Below, one piece after another: positions 29,068 through 38,934 of a DNA stretch of 64,000 nucleotides. The position numbers and the translations under genes are program-made. This DNA is from Candidatus Limosilactobacillus faecipullorum (lineage in GTDB: Bacteria > Bacillota > Bacilli > Lactobacillales > Lactobacillaceae): NCBI GenBank assembly GCA_019118465.1, contig DWYX01000018.1:6525-70524 (forward strand), in the 5' to 3' direction. The stretch's first letter is position 1, and each line of letters starts with the position of its first letter. Below the pieces are notes generated by a model. The model did no database searches, was not told the origin of the DNA, and worked only from the letters and a program-made list of their open reading frames with translations.

Positions 29068-30210
29068 TCAATGTTTTTTGCTTGACAGGTCGATCACCGG
29101 AGCATGTTTCACGTCTTGTTCAACAACAGTGAAGTTTTGATATAGCTTTCCGGCCCGGTAATCTAAGCTTAATACGTGATCTTTCATCTTGGCATCAACC
29201 TTCGTAATCAAAGGATATTGAAGCTTTTTTTTAACTTGGTGCAGATATTCTTGTCCGCGCTCATTAAAAGCTAAAACGTGATGATGTGGCTGAGCATTTT
29301 CCATTTGAGATGTAGTGATTTCGAGCACGGTATATAAGCATAGCCGAAGTAAACGAGCAAAAGTATAGCGTTTAGTCTTTGCTGCATGCAAAAAGGACTG
29401 GAAATCCAACTCATGTTGAGCAGCTTCTTTTAGGCGATACTCTAATCCTTCCGTCATCTGGTAGATCTTTTGCAATTCATTTACCGGCGCTTGAATTAAA
29501 TGATTTCGCAAAATCGGATAAAGGGTTTGCCAACTTGGAATTGTTGTTAAGCCAACTAATGCCCGTGCAGTTTCTTTAGGAACAACATTTTCAATTGGTT
29601 GACCAGCTTTGACTGCCGCCCGAACTCCGCTTGCACTCGCCAAATTAACACCTAAAGTTTGATCATGATAATCTTTACCTTGCCGCTTAATTGGCACTAA
29701 TTCAAGCGGCCAACCATGCTCTTGACAGGCCTTAAAGTACGAGTAAGCCAAAATATCGTTTGGATTGGTCAAACTAATCCCGGTTTTAGCAACTAGGGCC
29801 GCATTAAACTGGGTCGCAAAAGTTTCCCGATAATCCGTAAAGTTATCATGGCGAAATTTCTGTTCAAATGAGCTTAACCTTGCAAAATCCCACTCTGGGT
29901 GTTCAGCTCCAAAAACAACCGTCTTGACTTTAAGATCATTGAGTAATCGTAATGCCCCCGTTGCGAACCGTTGTCCGGGCTGAACGGCATCAAAAACAGG
30001 TAATTCGATGACTAAATCAACCCCATTTTCTAAGGCTAACTTTGCTCGTTCCCATTTATCAAGAATCGTTGGTTCACCACGTTGGGTAAAATTGCCACTC
30101 ATTACGGCAACTACCACTTGGGCATTCGTCAGTTGCTTTGCGATTCGCAAGTGATACAAATGGCCGTTATGGAACGGATTATATTCAGTGATTAGCCCAA
30201 CCGCCTCCAC
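29068..30210 (-). CDS. tmcAL: HIGH nucleotidyltransferase (YlbM/TmcAL)
   Basis: EYNPFHNGH, SGNFTQRGEP, PNDIL and TKRYT motifs. Confidence 0.9.
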   Translation of the reverse strand: MEAVGLITEYNPFHNGHLYHLRIAKQLTNAQVVVAVMSGNFTQRGEPTILDKWERAKLALENGVDLVIELPVFDAVQPGQRFATGALRLLNDLKVKTVVFGAEHPEWDFARLSSFEQKFRHDNFTDYRETFATQFNAALVAKTGISLTNPNDILAYSYFKACQEHGWPLELVPIKRQGKDYHDQTLGVNLASASGVRAAVKAGQPIENVVPKETARALVGLTTIPSWQTLYPILRNHLIQAPVNELQKIYQMTEGLEYRLKEAAQHELDFQSFLHAAKTKRYTFARLLRLCLYTVLEITTSQMENAQPHHHVLAFNERGQEYLHQVKKKLQYPLITKVDAKMKDHVLSLDYRAGKLYQNFTVVEQDVKHAPVIDLSSKKH

Positions 30211-30222
30211 GATTTTTCCCTC

Positions 30223-30966
30223 CTAGTTAGTGACGATCCAAACCTACCGGGTTGTCTCGGGTTGAATGTTTTGCCTGCCAAAATCGGCCCTTACCCGAAT
30301 TTGCTTATTCTTAAAGCCAACGTTTGTTAAGGCTTGATTTAACACTTCCAATTCATAGGCGCGTTCAAAATGAGTTTCTCCCACCCGGTTATAAGTTTGA
30401 TCCGCATTTTGAATAAAAAAGGCCAGATCATGAATTACGCCGTGCGGAACCTCTTCATCCGCATAAGTTGTCCATAAAAAGGCCTTCGAATGATCTTCCG
30501 CCTCAAAATTATAGGTATAACCAGGGTAAACTTGATCGGTTTGATATGGTGTTATCACATCAAAGATAAATTTGCCTCCTGGTTTAAGATGAGCTTTAAC
30601 TGCGCGAAAGGTATCTTCAACTGCTACTAAATCAGGTAAATAACATAAAGAGTCTGCAAAACAAGTTACCGCATCATAAACCGGTAGCCCCTTCAATTCA
30701 CGCATATCAGTTTCAACAAGCTCAATATCAACCCCAGCTGTTTGTCGATGCTGGTCAGCTAAGGCTAACATCTCCGGTGAAAAGTCAGCATCAGTAACCT
30801 GGTAGCCTTGTTGTGCAAGCAAGACCGCAAGGCGACCCGCACCTCCAGCAAGATCGAGTACCTGGCTTCCGTTAGGAACTTCATTTCCCACTAATTGTTG
30901 CCAATTAGTGTACATTTCAGGATCAAACAACTCATCATATAACTGGGCAAAAGTTTGATAAATCAT
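30223..30966 (-). CDS. class I SAM methyltransferase (YqeM-like) with in-frame TAG 7 codons before the probable natural stop
   Basis: LDLAGGAG, DSLCY and GGKFIFD motifs; C-terminus reads TTR-TAG-VWIVTN-TAG. Confidence 0.85.
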
Positions 30967-31325
30967 TAGTCAGTTAACCAATCATTTAAATTAACTAAAG
31001 GTGCTTCCGACCAAAGCTTTTCGAGATTGTAGAAGTGCCGCGTTTCTTCCCGGAAGATATGCACAACAATATCTCCTAAATCAATTAAAACCCATTGGGC
31101 CGCGTCTTTCCCTTCGACACTACCAATTTCAATTTGGCTTTCGTGCGCCATTTCAACAATCGCATTTGAAATCGCTTGTACCTGCCGGTTTGAACCACCC
31201 GTCATTACAACAAAATAATCAGCCATTGGGGTTAATTGGTCCACTTGCATGGCAACAATATCTTCTGCCCGCCGCCCATCAGCAGCTTTAACAACTTTTT
31301 CAAGTAATGCTTTGCTATCATCCAT
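30966..31325 (-). CDS. rsfS: ribosome silencing factor
   Basis: WVLIDLGDIVVHIF...R.FYNLEKLW motif. Confidence 0.96.
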   Translation of the reverse strand: MDDSKALLEKVVKAADGRRAEDIVAMQVDQLTPMADYFVVMTGGSNRQVQAISNAIVEMAHESQIEIGSVEGKDAAQWVLIDLGDIVVHIFREETRHFYNLEKLWSEAPLVNLNDWLTD

Positions 31326-31941
31326 TATTTTTTAATTCCTTTCTGTACTTCGGTACCCAGGCATTGTAGGTTTCTAACGTTTTGGGATAAATGGGCTTAC
31401 TATTTTCAGCTAAATACGTCAATGTCGCTTGGGTTTGATAAGCTACTCCCAAACCAAGATCAGCTTTAGTAAGTTGCCGGGCTTTTTCTACTCCTGGAAA
31501 ATCCCGTCCTGGTTCAATGTAATCAGCCATATATAAAACTTGAGCTAACGGAGTCATGTAAGCCGCTCCCGTGGTATGTTGGCGAATAGCGTTCAAGATT
31601 TCCTCATTTTGAACACCAAGTTCGTCTTTTACCAGTTCAGCTCCAACCACACCGTGCCAAATTGCATTGCCATAATCTAAGAGTTCCTTCGATAACTTTT
31701 TAGCCTTAATAACGGTAATAAAATCCTCATCTGGCCGTTGCTTGGCATAATCATGACACAAGCCAGCAACACTTGCCGCCTCAAGGTCAACATCATACTG
31801 CTTTGCTAACTTGATGGCAGTCTGCTCAACCCGTAGGACATGCTTAAACCGACTTGGCTTGAGTGCCCTTTCTAACCGGGCAATCAATTCCGCTCGATTT
31901 AATGATAAATAATGTTTTTGATACTCAATTTCTTTAACCAT
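31318..31941 (-). CDS. yqeK: YqeK HD-domain Ap4A hydrolase
   Basis: HDYAK, WHG, HTTG and ADYIEPGR motifs; start at ATG 31941. Confidence 0.92.
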   Translation of the reverse strand: MVKEIEYQKHYLSLNRAELIARLERALKPSRFKHVLRVEQTAIKLAKQYDVDLEAASVAGLCHDYAKQRPDEDFITVIKAKKLSKELLDYGNAIWHGVVGAELVKDELGVQNEEILNAIRQHTTGAAYMTPLAQVLYMADYIEPGRDFPGVEKARQLTKADLGLGVAYQTQATLTYLAENSKPIYPKTLETYNAWVPKYRKELKNNG

Positions 31942-32566
31942 GATATAAATGATGCTCCTCAATATAATTAGCAACTGCGTCCGGAACCATATAACGAACT
32001 GACGTCCCCATCATCAAGCGTTGCCGAATATCAGACGAAGAAAATTGCACCTCAGGAACATCAACCCAAATGACAGGATAATTACTTTCATTTTTAGCTC
32101 CGGGACGACGAACAGCAACGAAGTTCACCATTTTAATTAAATTATTGATGCAGTGCCATTTAGGGAGATAATCAACCATATCGCCACCGATAATAAAGTA
32201 ATAATCATTTTCGGGGTGTGCTTCTTTGAGTTGCTTGACGGTGTCATAGGTATAACTTACCCCACCCCGTTGGATTTCAGCTAATTCTAAGCCAAACAAT
32301 GGATTGCCTTGAATTGCCAAACGGAGCATTGCTACCCTATCATTTGCATCAATGGCAGTTTTTTTATCAACGTGCGGTGGGATGGCATCGGGCATGAAAT
32401 CAACCCGGTTTAACCTTAATGCATGACCAACTTGGTCAGCGATCATTAAATGCGCATTATGGACCGGATTAAAAGTTCCGCCATACAAGCCAATCCGCCG
32501 CCGAGGATGAGTTTGAATCGGTTCAACTTGAACCTTAGGAATTGCTTCAAGCGTTACCTGACTCAT
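31934..32566 (-). CDS. nadD: nicotinate-nucleotide adenylyltransferase
   Basis: GGTFNPVH..H, SYT, IIGGD and SSSDIR motifs. Confidence 0.95.
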   Translation of the reverse strand: MSQVTLEAIPKVQVEPIQTHPRRRIGLYGGTFNPVHNAHLMIADQVGHALRLNRVDFMPDAIPPHVDKKTAIDANDRVAMLRLAIQGNPLFGLELAEIQRGGVSYTYDTVKQLKEAHPENDYYFIIGGDMVDYLPKWHCINNLIKMVNFVAVRRPGAKNESNYPVIWVDVPEVQFSSSDIRQRLMMGTSVRYMVPDAVANYIEEHHLYHG

Positions 32567-32577
32567 TTTTAAGCCTC

Positions 32578-32889
32578 CTAAATTTTGGCAACTTGAACTG
32601 ATAAATCCTGAAATTCAGGCTTTTCTGCCGGTTTAAAGAGAACTAAAACCCGCCCAATCGTTTGCACAACTTGAATATCACTGTGTTCCTCAATGTATTC
32701 TTTAACATCAACGACATCCACAGCTGTATTTTGCAATAAACTAACTTTAATCAATTCACGTCGATCTAAGGCCCCATTTAATTGGGCAACCCAAGCTGGA
32801 GTTAAGCCATTTTTCCCAACTGAAAACAGTGGTTGTAAATGGTTTGCTTGTGCTCTTAAAAACCGTTTTTGTTTCCCACGTAATTCCAT
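32578..32889 (-). CDS. yhbY: YhbY/CRS1 RNA-binding protein
   Basis: LRGKQKRFLR, GKNG, ELIKV and VQTIG motifs. Confidence 0.92.
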   Translation of the reverse strand: MELRGKQKRFLRAQANHLQPLFSVGKNGLTPAWVAQLNGALDRRELIKVSLLQNTAVDVVDVKEYIEEHSDIQVVQTIGRVLVLFKPAEKPEFQDLSVQVAKI

Positions 32890-32907
32890 TTTCTTCCTCA
32901 CTTTTAT

Positions 32908-34023
32908 TTAAATCATTGCTTTCCGCAGTAAAACCGCAACCCCTTTTGGTGCCCAACCAACTACAGTAACGTTTGCCGGAACAGTAATCCAGCCTAATCC
33001 TTCAAAGACCAAATCACTCTTTTGCCGGGTCTTAAATTCATGACGAACTAGGAGCGGAATTTGATCCTCATTTCCTGGATGTGGTGGGACTAAGAGGTCA
33101 CCTAAATGCCGTTGATAAAATTGATCAGCGTTTTGATATTTTGTCCGGTGTAATACCAAATTATTTTCAAAGTAAGCAACAACACCGATCTTTGACCCCT
33201 TCAAATAATCAAATCGACCAATTCCACCTAAGAAAATTGTTTGTTCATCAGTTAATTGGTAAGTCCGCGGTTTGATTTCCTTTTGCGGCGCAACTAACCG
33301 TAAATCTTCAGGTGGTAAAACGTGGGCCATTTGTTCTTGATGAATAATTCCGGGCGTATCAACTAATTGATGGCCATCGTCCAACGGAATTTCAATCTTA
33401 TCCAAAGTCGTTCCTGGAAAACGAGAAGTGGTAATTAAATCTTGGACCCCGGTCCGTTGTTTAATGATTTGGTTGATTAACGTTGACTTACCAACATTTG
33501 TCACCCCAACCACGTAAACGTCCCGATCGCCCCTAAGCAATTCGATTTCATCCAACAGGTTATCAATTTGGTGATTTTTCTTTGCCGAAACTAAAACGGT
33601 CTTCAGTGGCCGAATTCCCGCTTCATTGGCTTGTTGTCGTAACCAATCAGTTAACTTTCGCCGCCGCAGTGACCTTGGCAACAGGTCTTCTTTATTTCCA
33701 ACTAGTAAAACAGGATTATCGCCGACAAACCGATGTAACCCAGGAATAATACTACCGTTAAAGTCAAAAATATCAACTACATAAACGATTAAAGCGTTCG
33801 CATCCCGGATTTGATTTAAAAGGGCAAGAAAATCATCATCAGTTAGTGAAACTGGCGCAATTTCGTTGTAATGCCGTAAACGAAAACAACGTTGGCAATA
33901 TAAGTCGCCACTTTCTAGTCCCCGCTCTAGTGCTGACTTTGGCGTATAACCAATGCCGTTTTTATCAGTCGTTTGGATAACACTCCCACAACCAATACAA
34001 CGTAATTCTTCTTGCTCAGTCAT
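32908..34023 (-). CDS. yqeH: ribosome biogenesis GTPase YqeH
   Basis: CxxC..CQRCFRL, NKED, GVTNVGKS and DTPG motifs. Confidence 0.96.
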   Translation of the reverse strand: MTEQEELRCIGCGSVIQTTDKNGIGYTPKSALERGLESGDLYCQRCFRLRHYNEIAPVSLTDDDFLALLNQIRDANALIVYVVDIFDFNGSIIPGLHRFVGDNPVLLVGNKEDLLPRSLRRRKLTDWLRQQANEAGIRPLKTVLVSAKKNHQIDNLLDEIELLRGDRDVYVVGVTNVGKSTLINQIIKQRTGVQDLITTSRFPGTTLDKIEIPLDDGHQLVDTPGIIHQEQMAHVLPPEDLRLVAPQKEIKPRTYQLTDEQTIFLGGIGRFDYLKGSKIGVVAYFENNLVLHRTKYQNADQFYQRHLGDLLVPPHPGNEDQIPLLVRHEFKTRQKSDLVFEGLGWITVPANVTVVGWAPKGVAVLLRKAMI

Positions 34024-34546
34024 CTAAACCCTCCTGCCAATCCATTGCTGGATATTTTTTCTTTAAGCTTCGTTTAACAAAAGTTTCTAAAAAGCGGTTA
34101 AACTTGGTATTCCACTTATCACTACTGATTAAAGGCTTCACTAAGATGCACCGTACCCCAGCTTGATGAGAAGCCAAAACATCGGTTAAATATTGATCAC
34201 CAACCATTACCACTTCGTCCGGGGTTAAGTTTAGTTGTTTACAAGCCCGTCTGATTCCTGTTCCGAGCGGCTTTAAAGCCCGGGAAACAAAAGGTAACCC
34301 TAATGGGGCAACAGCTTTTTCAACCCTTTTATAACTATTATTTGAAACTACCATCAGTGGGATTCCAGCTGCCTCGAGCTCTTCCATCCATTTTCTCAAT
34401 TGAGGGGTCCCATTTGGATTATTCCAGGCAATCAAAGTGTTGTCTAAATCACTTAACACAGCCTTAATCCCGGCGCGCTTTAACTCCGTTGGTGAAACTT
34501 GATAAATTGTTTTTACCATCCAAGTCGGTTTGAATTTTTCTAACAC
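34016..34546 (-). CDS. yqeG: YqeG HAD IIIA phosphatase
   Basis: DLDNTL, SNN, KP and GDQ..TD motifs; GTG start at 34546. Confidence 0.92.
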   Translation of the reverse strand: MLEKFKPTWMVKTIYQVSPTELKRAGIKAVLSDLDNTLIAWNNPNGTPQLRKWMEELEAAGIPLMVVSNNSYKRVEKAVAPLGLPFVSRALKPLGTGIRRACKQLNLTPDEVVMVGDQYLTDVLASHQAGVRCILVKPLISSDKWNTKFNRFLETFVKRSLKKKYPAMDWQEGLDD

Positions 34547-34705
34547 AATTATTTCCTCACACAAAATTAACTAAACTTCATTATAACGATCTACTTGGTT
34601 TGGTTCAAATCTCAACCTCGTAATTAGCTTATCTAACTTTGTTGTTAAAAAAAAGATTAGGGCAAGTCGAATAACCGTCCTAATCCAATTCATTTAATTT
34701 AAAGT

Positions 34706-35059
34706 TTAGTTTAAAGCCTTCTTAGCTTCCTCAACCAAAGCCTTGAAAGCATCGGCATCGTTAACCGCAAGGTCAGCCAACATCTTCCGGTTGATATCAA
34801 TGTTAGCTAACTTCAAACCGTGCATTAACTTGGAATAGCTAAGGCCGTTCATACGGGCACCAGCGTTAATCCGAGCAATCCACAATTCACGGAACTTACG
34901 CTTGTTAACCTTCCGGTCACGGAATGCGTAAGTGTAACCCTTCATAACTTGATCCTTAGCAGTCTTGAAAAGACGGTGCTTTGAACCAGTGTAACCCTTA
35001 GCCAACTTCATGATGCGCTTCCGACGAGCGCGCGTAACTGTTCCACCCTTAACTCGCAT
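34706..35059 (-). CDS. rplT: 50S ribosomal protein L20
   Basis: [17 protein letters not shown] and [11 protein letters not shown] motifs. Confidence 0.98.
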   Translation of the reverse strand: MRVKGGTVTRARRKRIMKLAKGYTGSKHRLFKTAKDQVMKGYTYAFRDRKVNKRKFRELWIARINAGARMNGLSYSKLMHGLKLANIDINRKMLADLAVNDADAFKALVEEAKKALN

Positions 35060-35116
35060 AGTGGTAACCTCCTAAAATACTAGTTTAATTTTAATCGTGT
35101 AGGCTCGCTACTAAGC

Positions 35117-35314
35117 TTACTTAGCAGGAAGCATCTTCTTGAAACGCTTTACGTTAGACTTGTCCATCATGGATAAACCACGCAATTGACGGCGTTGCTT
35201 CTTAGTCTTACCGTGGAAACGGTGGCTAGTAAATGAGTTACCACTCTTAAAACCACCCTTAGCAGTCCGCTTAAAACGCTTTGCAGCAGCGCGATTAGTC
35301 TTCATCTTTGGCAT
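35117..35314 (-). CDS. rpmI: 50S ribosomal protein L35
   Basis: [15 protein letters not shown]. Confidence 0.97.
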   Translation of the reverse strand: MPKMKTNRAAAKRFKRTAKGGFKSGNSFTSHRFHGKTKKQRRQLRGLSMMDKSNVKRFKKMLPAK

Positions 35315-35335
35315 AATGAATTCCTACCTTCTTTA

Positions 35336-35860
35336 TTATTTTTTTGCCTTGTCGTTAAGGGGAGCAAGCGTTAAGAACATGCTCCGCCCTTCCATCTTTG
35401 GCCGTTGCACAACCGTGGCGATGTCCTTAGTTTCATCAGCCATCTTCTCAATCATGTCACGACCGATATCCTTATGCGTAATTGCACGACCACGGAAGCG
35501 AAGTGAGACCCGAACTTTGTCACCTTTTTCGATGAACTTACGAACCCGACCTAACTTCACGTTAAAATCATTCGTATCAATAGTGGGACTTAAGCGGATT
35601 TCCTTAACTGCAACAGTCTTTTGGTTCTTCCGCGCTTCCCGTTCTTTCTTTTGCATTTCAAAACGGTACTTCCCGTAGTCCATAATACGAGCAACAGCTG
35701 GACGCGCTTTGGGAGCAACTAAGACTAAGTCAAGGTCAGCAGCTTCTGCCATTCGTAAAGCTTCTTCTTTTGACTTAACCCCAAGTTGTTCACCATTTTG
35801 GTCAATTAACCGAACTTCCTTGGCCCGAATACCGTTATTGACAATCATTCCCTGAGCTAT
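35336..35860 (-). CDS. infC: translation initiation factor IF-3, probable ATA start
   Basis: IMDYGKY and FRGR motifs; GGAGG is 9 nt before an in-frame ATA (35860), while the first ATG (35848) is too far from the RBS. Confidence 0.95.
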   Translation of the reverse strand: MAQGMIVNNGIRAKEVRLIDQNGEQLGVKSKEEALRMAEAADLDLVLVAPKARPAVARIMDYGKYRFEMQKKEREARKNQKTVAVKEIRLSPTIDTNDFNVKLGRVRKFIEKGDKVRVSLRFRGRAITHKDIGRDMIEKMADETKDIATVVQRPKMEGRSMFLTLAPLNDKAKK

Positions 35861-35892
35861 GGCAACACACCTCCGATATTTTTAGTGGAAAG

Positions 35893-36016
35893 AGCAAGCA
35901 AAAAACGGAGTGCATAGCACCCCGCCGCAAAATGGTATATTCCAACCATCGTACTTCAACTCGTCAGCCCGGCAACTCTATTATTACCAAGGCGAGAAGC
36001 GGGTGCTTCTGCTTTT
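35893..36016 (-). ncRNA. L20 leader
   Basis: AAGCAGAAGCACCCGCTTCTCGCC...GCGGGGGTGC followed by a hairpin and U-tract upstream of infC-rpmI-rplT. Confidence 0.8.
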
Positions 36017-36033
36017 TTCTTTCAACACTTTAC

Positions 36034-36062
36034 ATACTATAAAAAATACTTTCAGAAGTCAA
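36034..36062 (-). promoter_or_regulatory. putative infC operon promoter
   Basis: TTGACT-N17-TAGTAT immediately after the dnaI stop. Confidence 0.55.
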
Positions 36063-36069
36063 GGGTTTT

Positions 36070-37014
36070 TTATGGTTTTCCCAGTTTTTGACGTAAATTG
36101 TCACCTACTACCGTAACTTCCCGGGATAAGAAGCGAATTCGTTCCATTATCCGTTTTGCTTTTAATGGTTCTTGATCCCCTTTTACATCGACCGCCAAAT
36201 GTTTTTCAAGTTCATCCATCGTAAAGTTAGAAGAGAAAAAGGTTGGTAGCTCCATTTGCATCCGGTATTCCAAAATCACACCTAAAACTTCATCCCGAAC
36301 CCAGGCTGACATTGCGTCTGCTCCGATGTCATCAATCATCAGAATTGGAACCTGTTTAATACGATCTCTTTCCAGATCAGTTGTCTTTTTCCCAATCGAA
36401 CTCTTCATATTAACCGCAAAGGTTGGAAAATGGATTAACATTGACTTAATCCCTTTTGCTGCCAGCTCATTGGCAATTGCGCCTAGCAAAAAGGTTTTGC
36501 CAACCCCAAACTCACCGGTTAAATACATCCCCGGCATAAAACTATTTGGGGTGTAGTCTTGGACAAAACGTAACCCCCGCGAAAAAGCGGCATTTCGGTT
36601 ATGAGAGGCATACTCACCATCCATAAATGCATTCTTAAAGGTTGCGTTCGTGATAAATTTTGGCATGGCTAAGGTTTCAACTAAGGATCGCTGTTTAGCG
36701 GCTTCTCTTTGAGCCCGGAGTTGTTCCGTTGGTACATAGGTGACATCAATTTGTCCTGCCGAAACAACTAAGCGAGGAACATAACCAGGAGCAACACTTG
36801 CCTTGCCCTGCTTAACTAAATCCCGGTCATGAACAAATTCATATAACTTAGAACTCCCTCGGTTTATGCTTTCTTGGTTGAGTTCATCTTGATGTCTTTG
36901 AAGGAAGGATTGGACTTCCGGATCGGCAAAAACTGCTTTCATAATTTTACGATAAGCTTCATCCCCTGCTTGAGGACTAATAATTCCATCCATCGTTTGG
37001 TTTACTGATTCCAT
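36070..37014 (-). CDS. dnaI: primosomal protein DnaI
   Basis: GEFGVGKT, IDDIGA, WVRDEVLG and RIMERI motifs. Confidence 0.95.
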   Translation of the reverse strand: MESVNQTMDGIISPQAGDEAYRKIMKAVFADPEVQSFLQRHQDELNQESINRGSSKLYEFVHDRDLVKQGKASVAPGYVPRLVVSAGQIDVTYVPTEQLRAQREAAKQRSLVETLAMPKFITNATFKNAFMDGEYASHNRNAAFSRGLRFVQDYTPNSFMPGMYLTGEFGVGKTFLLGAIANELAAKGIKSMLIHFPTFAVNMKSSIGKKTTDLERDRIKQVPILMIDDIGADAMSAWVRDEVLGVILEYRMQMELPTFFSSNFTMDELEKHLAVDVKGDQEPLKAKRIMERIRFLSREVTVVGDNLRQKLGKP

Positions 37015-37028
37015 TTTAAATCCCTCCT

Positions 37029-38402
37029 TTATTTATCATTTTGTTGCTGATTTAAATTAGCAAGCATCTTCTTCATTTCAGCAACCTGCTTAGGATCAAC
37101 TTCGCCACCTTTTTTCCCTTTGGTAGGTTGGGCAGACTGCTTTGCCCATTCCGGTAACTCTTCTTTAATCCGTGGCCGTTTATTACCGTAATTTGATGAA
37201 CGTCGATTTTGACGTTGTTCAAATCGTTCTCGTTGTTTTTCCTGGTGACTTTGCGCTTGTCGCAAGGCTTGAGCAGCGGAATTAATTCCTTTGGCTTGCC
37301 AAGATGAAGCAATTGAAGTTGCTAAGTTAGCAACCAAGTTATCCATCCCCTGATCAACTAGCAAATACCAAGACAAAATATTCAAAACGCTTCCTGGTAA
37401 GTTACTGTTACGCCCAATCTCCGTTAAAACCCGTTGTTCAGCCGGAGTAACGAAGCCCCCTTTTTGCTCCTTGATTTGTTTAAGAAAGGGAACTGGAGCT
37501 AATTGATTGGCTAATTGAACTAGTTCCCGCATTGGTTGGGAAAAACCTGTTACGTCCTCATTACCGTTAACGACCTGCGATTTCGAACGTACCGGCTGAC
37601 TAGCGCGCTGAACCTCATTCTTAAAGGTTAATTGATTGAATTTATTAGTTGCAAGATCCGTTGCCCGGCTAGCTAAATTGGCCAACTGGAGCTCGTCAAA
37701 CCCATACAAGCGGTGTTCAGCCAAGACCAACTTCCGCGCCTCTTGTAATTGGTCCTCTGGGACTCCCAAGCTGTCCGCTTGACGAAGAAAGAAATTAAAA
37801 TCAAAATCTTCAGCTGGAATCGTCAAGGAAGCAACTTGATCAATTGGCAACGCTTGCCTTGCCTCAGTAATTGTTTGATCATCTTCAGCTTGGGTACTTG
37901 AATCCGGCTTAAAAACGGTAAAGAAATTCTTGGTAACTTGCTTTAAATGGCTAGGGTCAAAGAAATTCTCTTTTGCTCGTTGAACTAAGTGATTAAATTC
38001 ATTTGCTCCGACTTGTTGTAATAATAGGACGGATAACAAATCGTCATTAATTAACTCAACGGGCGTCAGTGGTGGTTGAACCTCCAAAACAAGGGTCACC
38101 CCTAATTCATCATCTAGTTGGTATGTTTTTATTAACCTCAAACCTTCCAAACGGTCAAGGGCCCGTGAAAAAGCCGGTAAGCCAATATTTAACCGCACAA
38201 GTAAGGTACTAACTAGTTGTCGCTTTGCTAATACCGGGTTGGGCCTAATTAAATCACTTAAGGCCAAAAAAAGCCCTAAAGCATCAGCGCCAAGCAAAGG
38301 CTGATAGAAGGGCAAAAAAGACGCTTGTAAGAGCCCGACAAACTTAGGGTTGGCACTAACCAGATATCCCGTTTTAGGGGTTAAAGGAGCCCGCTCAATC
38401 AT
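37029..38402 (-). CDS. dnaB: replication initiation/membrane attachment protein DnaB (Firmicutes type)
   Basis: FYQPLLG and E.LPEW motifs; between nrdR and dnaI. Confidence 0.88.
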   Translation of the reverse strand: MIERAPLTPKTGYLVSANPKFVGLLQASFLPFYQPLLGADALGLFLALSDLIRPNPVLAKRQLVSTLLVRLNIGLPAFSRALDRLEGLRLIKTYQLDDELGVTLVLEVQPPLTPVELINDDLLSVLLLQQVGANEFNHLVQRAKENFFDPSHLKQVTKNFFTVFKPDSSTQAEDDQTITEARQALPIDQVASLTIPAEDFDFNFFLRQADSLGVPEDQLQEARKLVLAEHRLYGFDELQLANLASRATDLATNKFNQLTFKNEVQRASQPVRSKSQVVNGNEDVTGFSQPMRELVQLANQLAPVPFLKQIKEQKGGFVTPAEQRVLTEIGRNSNLPGSVLNILSWYLLVDQGMDNLVANLATSIASSWQAKGINSAAQALRQAQSHQEKQRERFEQRQNRRSSNYGNKRPRIKEELPEWAKQSAQPTKGKKGGEVDPKQVAEMKKMLANLNQQQNDK

Positions 38403-38880
38403 CTTTAGACTCCGTTTGATGATGTTGTTGCTTATCCATGACTGATTTAAGTTCGTTCATAAAGGTATCAACATCCTTAAATTGCCGATAAACACTAGCA
38501 AAACGAATATATGCGATTTGGTCAACTTCTTGTAATTCATTCATTACAAATTCACCAATCACTTGACTTGAGACTTCATTTTCCCCAAGGCGCCGGATCC
38601 TAACTTCGACGTTAGAAGCAATATCCGTTAACTTTTCCATACTAACCGGCCGTTTTTCTGCTGACCGAACTAAACCGTTTAAAACTTTTTGCCGGCTAAA
38701 CTCTTGGCGGGTCCCATCCTTTTTAATTACTAAAAGTGGAGTTTCTTCGTATCGTTCAAAGGTAGTAAAGCGAAAGCCGCAATTCATGCATTCGCGGCGC
38801 CGCCGGATAAAAGTACCGTCTTCGCTTGGACGACTGTCAACAACTCGCGAACCGTTATGATGACAATGTGGGCAAATCAT
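38395..38880 (-). CDS. nrdR: transcriptional repressor NrdR
   Basis: CPHC..SRVVDSR..RRRREC..C..RFTT and AYIRFASVY motifs. Confidence 0.97.
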   Translation of the reverse strand: MICPHCHHNGSRVVDSRPSEDGTFIRRRRECMNCGFRFTTFERYEETPLLVIKKDGTRQEFSRQKVLNGLVRSAEKRPVSMEKLTDIASNVEVRIRRLGENEVSSQVIGEFVMNELQEVDQIAYIRFASVYRQFKDVDTFMNELKSVMDKQQHHQTESKDD

Positions 38881-38934
38881 CACTAACCTCCTAATTATCC
38901 CTTAACTTACTAGATTCTTTTAATTATAACATTA

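Noticed and set aside
35316-35678. Antisense ORFs opposite housekeeping genes (also 45598-46035, 52936-53373, 56433-56837 and others)
   Set aside because: Shadow ORFs of biased coding strands, with no RBS or recognisable motifs
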